From contig CBDDCK010000005.1 of NCBI GenBank assembly GCA_965225855.1, positions 1,440,001 through 1,504,000 of the forward strand: a DNA stretch of 64,000 nucleotides, given 5' to 3'. This DNA is from Spirochaetia bacterium (GTDB lineage: Bacteria; Spirochaetota; Spirochaetia; SP-2023). The position numbers were made by a program, and so were the translations under genes. Below the pieces are notes generated by a model. It ran no database searches, was not told where the DNA came from, and was given only the letters and a program-made list of their open reading frames with translations. The first letter of the stretch is position 1. Each line of letters starts with the position of its first letter. This document shows positions 10,177-18,592 of this stretch, in pieces.

Positions 10177-10203
10177 TTGACGCAACACCCCCCCTAGCAA
10201 AAT
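10177..10203 (+). promoter_or_regulatory. Putative sigma70 promoter with poly-C spacer (conserved in all three cassettes)
   Basis: TTGACG-CAACA-C7-TAG-CAAAAT; C6 in copy 2 (36710-36715), C7 in copy 3 (55358-55364); the -10 assignment is uncertain. Confidence 0.45.
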
Positions 10204-10266
10204 AGGGATTTACACACTAGCCCGTATGGGTTGGTTAATCTTTATCCATTGTTGGAGGTATTGCTT

Positions 10267-12345
10267 ATGTATAAGCACAAACTATTTTTATTGCCATTAG
10301 CCTGGCTACTGGTCTTTATGGCCTTGGCCTGCGCACCACCCGATGACGATGATCGATCTTCTGGGCCTGCAATCACCAGTGCAAGCTACGACTTTGCTAC
10401 GGCGCTGTTAACCGTACAAGGTACTGACTTAAGTCCTACAGAAGCGCAAATCCAAACCATCGTAGTAGATGGCGTAGCCTTCAGTTCCTATACTGCAGAT
10501 GACCCAGCCACTGGGCCAGATAGTAGCGATCTTGCAAAAGGTAAGTACCGTATTGCAACCGATGGCACAAAGCTTTGGCTGAAACTTAAAGATCAACATA
10601 AAGCTGCTCTTGAGGCCAAGGTGGGTAGCAATGGTCTAAAAAAAGGGTTGCTTACTAGCTCTGGTGCTTGGGCGGGTTTAGATACAGCCAAAGACTTAAC
10701 CGTTAGCAATATACCCGATAAGCCATCTAAGCAAGCCGAACAAGCCGAACAAACCGAACAGCAGTCGCCTAAGCAAGCTAAAGTCGAACAAGCTGAACAA
10801 GCCAAACAAGCTGAACAAACCGAAGAAGTCGAAGATAAGCAGTCTAAGACCGAAACTGAAGATCAGTCGCTTAAGCTACCCGAAGCTGCAATTACCGGTG
10901 CAAGCTACAATGTTGGCACGGCGCTGCTAACTGTACAAGGTTCTAACTTAAATGCTACCAGTGCGACCCAAGCGCAAATCCAAACTATCACGGTAGCTGG
11001 CATAGCCTTCAGTTCCTATACTGCAGATGACCCAGCCACTGGGCCAGATAGTCGCAGTCTTGCAAAAGGTAAGTACCGCCTACATAGCGCTGGCACAGCG
11101 CTTTGGCTTTACCTTACCGATCAACATAAAACTACTCTGAATGGCAAGACAGGTATGGATAGCAATGGTCTAAAAGATGGGTTGCTTACTACTAGCACTG
11201 GTACTTGGGCGGGTTTAGATACAGCCAAAGGCTTGGCCGTTAGTGGAAACCCCGAAATCACCAGTGCAACCTACAATGTTGTTAAAGGCGTGTTAGTGAT
11301 TACAGGTGTCAATTTACCAAAAGCAGTTACAGGCTGGGACTTCACCCAATTGAGGTTTGTTGCAGGTGATGGTCGTAAGAGTCAACCATTATTACGGCAC
11401 AGACCAACCGGTATAAACAGTGCCAGAGGTTCTGCAGCAAGTGCAACAAGCTTAACGATTACTTTAAAGGGTAGTGAATACGATAAAGCCGAGGCTATAC
11501 TGGTTAAGAATGGTAAAAGTGATAATGATGGTGCATACAACCTGGAAGCAGCAGCAGGATTTGCAGGTGGTAGCGCAGCAGACACAAGCAATAACCCTAT
11601 TACCGTTAGTGGCTATGTAGGTTTTATCAAAGACTTATACTACAATGTTGGTACAGGCGTGTTATTTATTCAGGGTAATAATTTACCGAGAGCAGTTGCA
11701 GACTGGGACTTTAGCAAATTGACGCTTGTATCCGGTGATGGTCGTAAGAGATACACATTACCCCAGCACGCAACCGCAGGTGAAAACAAAGCCACAGGTT
11801 CTTTAGCAAGTAGAGTCGGCTTAAGGATTACTTTAAGCGGTAGTGTAAAAGCGGAAGCCGAGAAGATACTGGTTAAGGATGGTCAAAGTGATGATAATGG
11901 TGCATACAACCTGGAAGCAGCAGCAGGATTTGCAGGTTATAGCGCTGAAGACACAAGCAACCCTATTACCGTTAGTGGCTATGTAATCTATCTCGACTAC
12001 GTATCATACAGAGCTAATAAAGGCCATTTATATATTAGTGGTAACAGGTTACCGACAGCAGTTGCAGACTGGGACTTTAGCAAATTGACGCTTGTATCCG
12101 GTGATGGTAAGAAGAAATATAAATTACCCCAGCACGCAATAGGTGAAAACACAGCCACAGGTTCTAGTGCAGGTGTAATCTACTTATTGATTATTTTAAG
12201 CGGTAGTGTAAAAGCGGAAGCCGAGAAGATACTGGTTAAGAATGGTTATAGTGATAATAATGGTGCATATAACCTGGAAGCAGCAGCAGGATTTGTACCT
12301 GGTAGTCTAGCAGACCCAACAACTAAGATTTTGGTTGGTAAGTAG
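10267..12345 (+). CDS. Modular repeat surface lipoprotein, variant 1 (A-linker-A-B-B-B)
   Basis: GGAGG RBS then ATG 10267; MYKHKLFLLPLAWLLVFMALA-C lipobox; Q/E-rich linker; about 120-aa repeats of two types. Confidence 0.9.
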   Translation: MYKHKLFLLPLAWLLVFMALACAPPDDDDRSSGPAITSASYDFATALLTVQGTDLSPTEAQIQTIVVDGVAFSSYTADDPATGPDSSDLAKGKYRIATDGTKLWLKLKDQHKAALEAKVGSNGLKKGLLTSSGAWAGLDTAKDLTVSNIPDKPSKQAEQAEQTEQQSPKQAKVEQAEQAKQAEQTEEVEDKQSKTETEDQSLKLPEAAITGASYNVGTALLTVQGSNLNATSATQAQIQTITVAGIAFSSYTADDPATGPDSRSLAKGKYRLHSAGTALWLYLTDQHKTTLNGKTGMDSNGLKDGLLTTSTGTWAGLDTAKGLAVSGNPEITSATYNVVKGVLVITGVNLPKAVTGWDFTQLRFVAGDGRKSQPLLRHRPTGINSARGSAASATSLTITLKGSEYDKAEAILVKNGKSDNDGAYNLEAAAGFAGGSAADTSNNPITVSGYVGFIKDLYYNVGTGVLFIQGNNLPRAVADWDFSKLTLVSGDGRKRYTLPQHATAGENKATGSLASRVGLRITLSGSVKAEAEKILVKDGQSDDNGAYNLEAAAGFAGYSAEDTSNPITVSGYVIYLDYVSYRANKGHLYISGNRLPTAVADWDFSKLTLVSGDGKKKYKLPQHAIGENTATGSSAGVIYLLIILSGSVKAEAEKILVKNGYSDNNGAYNLEAAAGFVPGSLADPTTKILVGK

Positions 12346-12496
12346 GGTTTGGTTTAACCTTGCTTGCCCAATAGCTCTTATAGCAGCTAAGTGAAAGCTA
12401 GCGGGCAGGCCAACCAAGTAAATGCTGTAAGCAATGCTTGGTTGGCTTTTTTGTTGGGCTATTAGGCTGTATCTTGTTGTTGCAACGCTTGCATTG

Positions 12497-12688
12497 GCCA
12501 ATTATAGCCTTGGTAAGTTTTTTTATCGTGGTTGCTTTTGCCAATTATAGCCTTGGTATGGAGAAAATACCAAGGCTATAAATTTTTTTATTAAGGCTGT
12601 AAATTTTTTTATTAAGGCTGCTTTTGCCAATTATAGCCTTGGTAAATTTTTTTATCAAGGTTGCTTTTGCCAATTCCAGCCTTGGTAT
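12497..12688 (+). repeat. Degenerate 43-bp-period repeats in the cassette right arm, with a hairpin
   Basis: GCCAATT(AT/CC)AGCCTTGGTA at 12497, 12540, 12626 and 12669; inverted pair TTATAGCCTTGGTAT...ATACCAAGGCTATAA at 12545-12581; related units occur in copies 2 and 3. Confidence 0.8.
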
Positions 12689-12721
12689 GTAGAAAAAATC
12701 GAGTTATCACGTCCTGCATCA

Positions 12722-12786
12722 GTTAGGCTAATACTGCGGTTGCCACAGTCAATCACGCCTATATTTATCATTGGTCATTCTCCTAT
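12722..12786 (-). pseudogene. Duplicate of the RBS and first codons of the Gfo/Idh/MocA gene, interrupted by the cassette
   Basis: 64/65 identical to 1011-1075; continues on the other side of the cassette at 9566-9577. Confidence 0.9.
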
Positions 12787-12940
12787 GCATAGTAAATTAC
12801 TTTATATATTATGTATTTCGGTAATTAACATTTGGATTATTAGTGTAACGGTGCACGAAAAATGAAACGCCCTTCAAAAGTCTAAACAACAAAAAATCCC
12901 CAGTGTGAAAACGGGGCTAAATATAAAATAGCAAGGTTAT

Positions 12941-13864
12941 TTAGTTTATATATTTTATTTTTCTTAAACTATGTTCTAATAATACATACTGAATTATGCC
13001 CATTTGCGTTTTGGCGTCTTGGGACGTTTTATTGTCAATTTTGAGTAGTGTTATTAGTGCCTTCCACAAACACCAACCACGCGCTCGCGCCCATGTATTA
13101 TCATCCAAATTAATATGCTGTTTGAATATTTCCCGGCTTTTCTGATTTAAAAATGTCCAGGCAATAACTAGATCGCAGGCGGGATCGCCAACCCCCATAC
13201 AGCCAAAATCAATTACCGCCACCAAACGACCGTCTCTCACAAGAATATTACCTACACTAAAATCTCCATGTAGCCAGACAGGAGAGTTAGTCCATTTTGA
13301 GCTGATTGCTGCGTTCCAAGTTGCTGTTGCCATGCTTTGGTCAACAACATCTCCTAATTTAGAGATGAGCTGTCTGGTTTCTGCATCGTAGGTATTGAGC
13401 GGACCGCCACGATAAAAATTATGAGGGCCTGCGAGTGGGGCACCAGATGTGCCGATTCTATAAAGCTGTTTTAAAAAATAGGCACAATCTTGAGCAAATT
13501 TAGGGTAATCTTGTTCTCTTAAAGAATCTGCATTTTCGCCTTTTATCCAGTTATATATTGACCAATTCCATGGATATATTTTTGATGGCTCGCCCATCGC
13601 TACAGGTTTTGGGATTGGGTAGGGTAAATGTGGTGCCAGTTGAGGTAGCCATTCTTGTTCTCTTTTAACTTGTGCAGCATAACTCTCTGCGCTGGGCAGT
13701 CTCACCAACATTTCATCTCCCAAGTGAAATGTCCGGTTATCCCAGCCGCTTTTCTTGACAGGCTGGATTGTCAAGTCTGCCCATTTTGGGAATTGCTGTT
13801 GTATGAGGGTTTTAACCAGATTTGTAGTGATTTCAGGCGTTTTATCATTAGCATCTAAAGTCAT
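12941..13864 (-). CDS. Aminoglycoside phosphotransferase (APH) family protein
   Basis: SGWDNRTFHLG, WLHGDFSVGNILV, VIDFG..GVGDPACDL. Confidence 0.9.
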   Translation of the reverse strand: MTLDANDKTPEITTNLVKTLIQQQFPKWADLTIQPVKKSGWDNRTFHLGDEMLVRLPSAESYAAQVKREQEWLPQLAPHLPYPIPKPVAMGEPSKIYPWNWSIYNWIKGENADSLREQDYPKFAQDCAYFLKQLYRIGTSGAPLAGPHNFYRGGPLNTYDAETRQLISKLGDVVDQSMATATWNAAISSKWTNSPVWLHGDFSVGNILVRDGRLVAVIDFGCMGVGDPACDLVIAWTFLNQKSREIFKQHINLDDNTWARARGWCLWKALITLLKIDNKTSQDAKTQMGIIQYVLLEHSLRKIKYIN

Positions 13865-13886
13865 TTTTATTTTATGGGAATAAGCT

Positions 13887-14846
13887 CTATTCCTTAACTC
13901 CTCCGGCGGCTACACCAGATACCAGGTGCCGCTGGAATATCATAAATACCGTAATAATTGGCAAAGAAGAAAGTAAAGATGCTGCCATAATGCGATCCCA
14001 AATGGCATTTTTACTGGTAAAAAGTTCTTTTAATCCTAGGGGGATAGTTTTAATCTCCGGATAAGATTTAAGAAAAACAGAGGCAAATAAATATTCATTC
14101 CAGGCAATCATAAAGCAGTAGATATACACTGTCGTAATGGCGGTAATCGAAAGCGGGATAATAATTTTTATCACAATGGCCAGGCGACTACAGCCGTCCA
14201 TCGCAGCCGATTCTTCAATAGAAAAAGGTATTGTACGAAAGTAATTGCCAAGCATATACAACGCTACCGGTAAAGTTAAAACTACATAAATTAAAATAAG
14301 AGAAAAAGAAGTCCCAACTTCCTTGTTAAGCAAACCGGCTTGAACCGCAAGTGTGTATAAAGGAATAACTAATAAAGTGCCACCAAACATATAGACAAAT
14401 AAAACCCCTCTCTGTACTAGCCCTCGTCCCGGATAGCGCAAGCGAGAGAAAGAATAAGCCCCTAAAACGGCTATGAGCAAAGTAATCAATGCGGCTAAAG
14501 AAGAGTAGATAAATGAATTGCCCAAAAACTTATAAAAAGGGAACACATGCTTAGAAGAGCGAAACTTTTGTAATATAGCTTGCCGTTGCTCTTTGGAAAG
14601 TTTAGGGTTTTCTAAAACCTTTTGAATGCTTTTGGGTAATGCCTTTTGCTTAGAAGTCAAGTTAAGAATGTCTTTATAAGCGGTCCAGTTGATCCTTTGG
14701 GGGATTAAGCTGGGATTCCCCCAGTCTTGAGGGTACTTTAATGAGGTAGAAAGCATCTGTATAAAGGGGAACAAGGAAGAGGCGACAATAAACAAGATAA
14801 AAGTATAAAAGCCAAACGAACGCAGAAGGGATTTCCTTTTTACCAT
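13887..14846 (-). CDS. Carbohydrate ABC permease (YcjP/MalG-like)
   Basis: EESAAMDGCS EAA motif, AWNEYLFA. Confidence 0.92.
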   Translation of the reverse strand: MVKRKSLLRSFGFYTFILFIVASSLFPFIQMLSTSLKYPQDWGNPSLIPQRINWTAYKDILNLTSKQKALPKSIQKVLENPKLSKEQRQAILQKFRSSKHVFPFYKFLGNSFIYSSLAALITLLIAVLGAYSFSRLRYPGRGLVQRGVLFVYMFGGTLLVIPLYTLAVQAGLLNKEVGTSFSLILIYVVLTLPVALYMLGNYFRTIPFSIEESAAMDGCSRLAIVIKIIIPLSITAITTVYIYCFMIAWNEYLFASVFLKSYPEIKTIPLGLKELFTSKNAIWDRIMAASLLSSLPIITVFMIFQRHLVSGVAAGGVKE

Positions 14847-15700
14847 TTGAGAACCTTCTTGACATAAATAAGTATTAAGCCCAAGATCAATAAGAATTGA
14901 ACGATAGCAATTGCTGCCCCTTGGCCGATCTGCGGCAAGCCGGTAAACACCTTGATATAAGAATAGACCGGAATAACTTTCACACTGGGAGTTAGCAGAA
15001 AGACTTCTTCAAACTTGTTAAAGTTCCATATAAAACGCAATAGGATAATAGAGCCAACTAAGAAGAAAATCTCGGGCAGGGTGATGGTAAAGAAGCGGCG
15101 GAAACCGACACAACCATCTATTTCCGCCGCTTCATATAACGTCTGATCGATAGCCTGCAAGCGGGCTAGTACCATTAGGTAGGTAAAGGGAAAGTTTTTC
15201 CAAATACTAAATAGTACAGCCACCCAAAGTGAGTTTTGCGGGTCATTGATTAAATTGATACGAGCGTTGAGAATACCTAGCTTTTCATAGAATAGGTCTA
15301 TAAATGCCCCGTTGACCGGATCAAATAGAAATTGCCAAGCAAACACTACCGATATAACCGGTGCAACATAGGGTAAAAGAATAATGCTGCGTACTATACC
15401 TCTGGCAGGGAAATGCCGATTCATAGCCAAAGCAACGGCTATACCCCATACGGTTGTCCCCAATGTAGTGGCAATAACATAAAAAGTAGAAGTTGCCACC
15501 GATTGCCAGAACGAGGAATCGCCTAATACCCGGGAAATATTGCGCATTCCAATAAAGGTGCTAGTACCGCTTAGCTTTACATCAAATACCGCCAAATATA
15601 AATTATACAGAATGGGATAGAATATTAACAATGCAATTAACAGTACCGAAGGCATAATATAACACAAGCCTTGCCTTGCTTCCTGTTGTAATGCTGTCAT
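14840..15700 (-). CDS. Carbohydrate ABC permease (YcjO/MalF-like)
   Basis: LYEAAEIDG motif; six predicted TM segments. Confidence 0.92.
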   Translation of the reverse strand: MTALQQEARQGLCYIMPSVLLIALLIFYPILYNLYLAVFDVKLSGTSTFIGMRNISRVLGDSSFWQSVATSTFYVIATTLGTTVWGIAVALAMNRHFPARGIVRSIILLPYVAPVISVVFAWQFLFDPVNGAFIDLFYEKLGILNARINLINDPQNSLWVAVLFSIWKNFPFTYLMVLARLQAIDQTLYEAAEIDGCVGFRRFFTITLPEIFFLVGSIILLRFIWNFNKFEEVFLLTPSVKVIPVYSYIKVFTGLPQIGQGAAIAIVQFLLILGLILIYVKKVLKW

Positions 15701-15727
15701 ACTCTAACCCTTAATCGGCAACTACCT

Positions 15728-17176
15728 TTAATTTAATGCGTTAATTTCGTTCTCGGCCCAAACCAAGGCTTCATCAATCGGCATATCCTCGTGTACTACC
15801 TTATAAATCATCTGCGGAATAATCTTTTTGGAATACACGACACTGGCTAGTTCATACCGCTTACCATCGACAATACCAAAAGATTTAATGTTATCGAAAC
15901 CTTGGTTTAGGGCTAGAATCTTATCCTGCCCATAGCGCTGGTAAACCCCTTTAGGGTCATTTAGAAAATCGGCATCTTGTGAGATGGACTTGATGGTAGG
16001 CAACATACCACCCACAGCAATATGTAAGAACGAAATATAATTATCCTTTTCAAATAGGTATTCTACAAACTGCTTGCTGGTATCGACTACCTTACTATCG
16101 CTGTTGTTAAAGATAGAGAGCCCACTGATAGCCCCAAAGGAAGACTCTGCCTTATTAGTTAATAAGGGCTCTGCTTTGGTATTTTGAACCAGTTCCGGGT
16201 CAAAGGAAGCGCCTTCTAAGTTTTCAAAGTTTTCATTGGTCAAAGAACCCTTAGCCACATCTTCCAAAGCTAGGTCATCCATAATATAGGTCGAATAAAA
16301 GAACATGGCCATTTTACCCTGCAGGTAATAGTCGCGTCCGCGCCATGTTTGCGGGCCGGGAGGCGTATACTTGGCCAGTTGAGCATAGTATTCCAGTGCT
16401 TCGCGCATAGCGGGAGAATTAAAGATTACATTCCCATCGCCATCGAGCATAAAGGCGTTATTAGACATGGCAATAGGCGTAAAGCACTGTTCATCATACG
16501 ATTCGGTTTCCATCGTACCAACCAATATACCGTATTGATTCTTTTTCGTATCGGTAAAATACTCGGCTGCTCTTTGGACATTTTCCCAAGTGTTTGGTAC
16601 TTCCAACCCGGCTTCTCTAAACCAATCGGAGCGATACCAAATAGCCTGAATCATACCATGAAAGGGAATACCATCATACTGGTTTTTAGAGTTGCGGAAT
16701 AACCTAAGAGCCCCTTGATAGAAATTTTCTTCTTCAATACTGTTGATAATTTGTTGATGAGCATTGGTATTTAATAAGCCCTCACTGCCTATCGCAATCG
16801 CTGACTCGGCATCCATCTCGGTTACACCGGGCAATGTATCGGTATTTGCTGCGGTTAAAATCTGTAAAGTCATCTCCTGCTCGTCTACGGGCACTACCGA
16901 AATATTCTGTTCGGGGTTTAGCGTATTGTAGGTATCCACCAGCACATTGATAATAGCCATGCGGTCGCTCTGCGTTTGGCGAGTCCAAAACTCTACTTCA
17001 TTGCTAGCCGCTTGTTCCGGTTGAAGAGTAGGTGCTTGCCCATCTCCGCCGGCTTTATTGCTTTTACTGCAAGCCAAGCCAATAACGCTAAGCCCCACTA
17101 AAAACAATATAAATGCTGCCTTTCTATTAAATAAAGGCAAAATAGAAAAACCTTTTTTGGTATACGCTATACTCAT
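15728..17176 (-). CDS. Carbohydrate ABC substrate-binding lipoprotein (YcjN-like)
   Basis: AAGGAG RBS upstream of ATG 17176; IGLA-C lipobox; WYRSDWF and family-1 SBP motifs. Confidence 0.9.
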   Translation of the reverse strand: MSIAYTKKGFSILPLFNRKAAFILFLVGLSVIGLACSKSNKAGGDGQAPTLQPEQAASNEVEFWTRQTQSDRMAIINVLVDTYNTLNPEQNISVVPVDEQEMTLQILTAANTDTLPGVTEMDAESAIAIGSEGLLNTNAHQQIINSIEEENFYQGALRLFRNSKNQYDGIPFHGMIQAIWYRSDWFREAGLEVPNTWENVQRAAEYFTDTKKNQYGILVGTMETESYDEQCFTPIAMSNNAFMLDGDGNVIFNSPAMREALEYYAQLAKYTPPGPQTWRGRDYYLQGKMAMFFYSTYIMDDLALEDVAKGSLTNENFENLEGASFDPELVQNTKAEPLLTNKAESSFGAISGLSIFNNSDSKVVDTSKQFVEYLFEKDNYISFLHIAVGGMLPTIKSISQDADFLNDPKGVYQRYGQDKILALNQGFDNIKSFGIVDGKRYELASVVYSKKIIPQMIYKVVHEDMPIDEALVWAENEINALN

Positions 17177-17360
17177 GGTTTTACTCCTTAATATTATAAT
17201 AACTACCAATAAATTTGGAAGCACAATTTAAAGCCATTAGCTTATACACGGATAACAAACCCAACACCAAAGCACCAGCAGCAACCATAGGCCTTGTGTT
17301 GGGCTTGCAAAGTGCAATTTGGCACATCGGCCCTTTGGCTTGCTTGGCTTGTGTTTAGGC

Positions 17361-17891
17361 TTATCGTGTAAATAAAGCTGAAACCGAGTCTAAGTCTCTA
17401 TAAACCGAGTCTAAGTTTTTTGAAACCGAGTCTAAGTTTTTTGAAGCCGAGTCGAAGGCTTTTGAAACCGAGTCGAAGTCTCTATAAACCCGATCTAAGT
17501 CTCTATAAACCGAGTCTAAGGCTCTATAAACCGAGTATAAGTCTTTTGAAGCCGAGTCTAAGGCTCTATAAATCCGATCTAAGGCTCTATAAACCAATTT
17601 TAAGTCTCCATAAGCCAATTCTAAGTCTGTATAAGCCAACTGTAAGGCTAAAGGAAACGAGTCTAAGTCTTTTGAAGCCGATTTTAAGTCTCTATAAACC
17701 GAGTCTAAGTCTCTATAAACCGAATATAAGTCTTTTGAAGCCGAGTTTAAGTCTCTATAAACCGAGTCTAAGGCTTTTGAAGCCGCCGAGTCTAAACCAT
17801 TTGAAGCCGATAAACCGACTGAAAACGAAAAGCTATCGGTTGGGATTGGTTGCCATAAGTTTAGCAAAAGTAAAAAAATAAAGATTTTCAT
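17361..17891 (-). CDS. Secreted heptad-repeat protein (21-bp / 7-aa tandem repeats)
   Basis: Signal peptide MKIFIFLLLLNLWQP followed by about 20 repeats of LDSVYRD/LDSASKD type. Confidence 0.65.
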   Translation of the reverse strand: MKIFIFLLLLNLWQPIPTDSFSFSVGLSASNGLDSAASKALDSVYRDLNSASKDLYSVYRDLDSVYRDLKSASKDLDSFPLALQLAYTDLELAYGDLKLVYRALDRIYRALDSASKDLYSVYRALDSVYRDLDRVYRDFDSVSKAFDSASKNLDSVSKNLDSVYRDLDSVSALFTR

Positions 17892-18433
17892 TTTATTATC
17901 TTATCGGCCTATAGAATCTAAAACTTTAGAATCAATAGCAGAAATTCATATATTGGGCCATCGGTTGGGCCTTGTGTTGGTTGTGCTTTAAAGTTTAGGC
18001 ATAAAGCCGATAATATAAGCAGCACAAACTTTTTAGCATAGGTACAAAAACATTAGTAGACATAATCATACTTATAAGCAGTGGAATTATTACTATATAC
18101 AAAGTCTCTAATTATATATATATCTAAATACTTTAGCTTGGTAGAATAAATAAAAGTTGATTGTATTGCAAATTTAGAATTTGGTCTAAGCCCGTGTACG
18201 AGTAGGGTTTATTATTGCCATAATATACAGAATTTCTTTTCAGATGGATATACATAATCTTAGTTTGCTATAAGGGCAAATAATAAAAATTTGCAAAGCT
18301 ATACTTAGCTATTCCAAGCCCCCTGCCATAACCTATTAAGATATTCTGGTATCCATAGAAACTTTGGCCAAACTACTTAATAGGATTGAACCAAACTATA
18401 TAATAGAATGGCCTCGTACCTATGAATAGCTTG

Positions 18434-18484
18434 GAGCAAAACTATATAATAGCATTGAGCCCAAGCTATTATATAGTTTTGCTC
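18434..18484. terminator. 20-bp perfect stem-loop downstream of the YidC-fusion gene
   Basis: GAGCAAAACTATATAATAGC-N11-GCTATTATATAGTTTTGCTC. Confidence 0.55.
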
Positions 18485-18592
18485 GATTGTAGTAATACCT
18501 ATGCCCATTAGCTATTTTTAGCAATTTTATTTTGTTGCCTATTAAGGCGTTACCATAATATACAGAATTTCTTTTTAGCTACATATAGAAAC

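Larger units (their letters stand above)
9578..12721 (+). mobile_element. Non-autonomous transposon-like cassette, copy 1 (3144 bp, complete, 6-bp TSD GTTAGG)
   Basis: Left end TGAAAGAGGACATGATAACT versus right end read inward TGATGCAGGACGTGATAACT (16/20); GTTAGG at 9572-9577 and 12722-12727; the uninterrupted target sequence is seen at 1005-1075; no transposase inside. Confidence 0.88.

Noticed and set aside
10231..10266. TTG-started N-terminal extensions of the three lipoproteins
   Set aside because: The GGAGG RBS lies within the extension just before the ATG, and the signal peptide begins at MYK.
17420..17881. Plus-strand 153-aa SLYKPSL-repeat ORF
   Set aside because: Antisense shadow of the 21-bp repeat; the minus-strand ORF has an ATG and a signal peptide.
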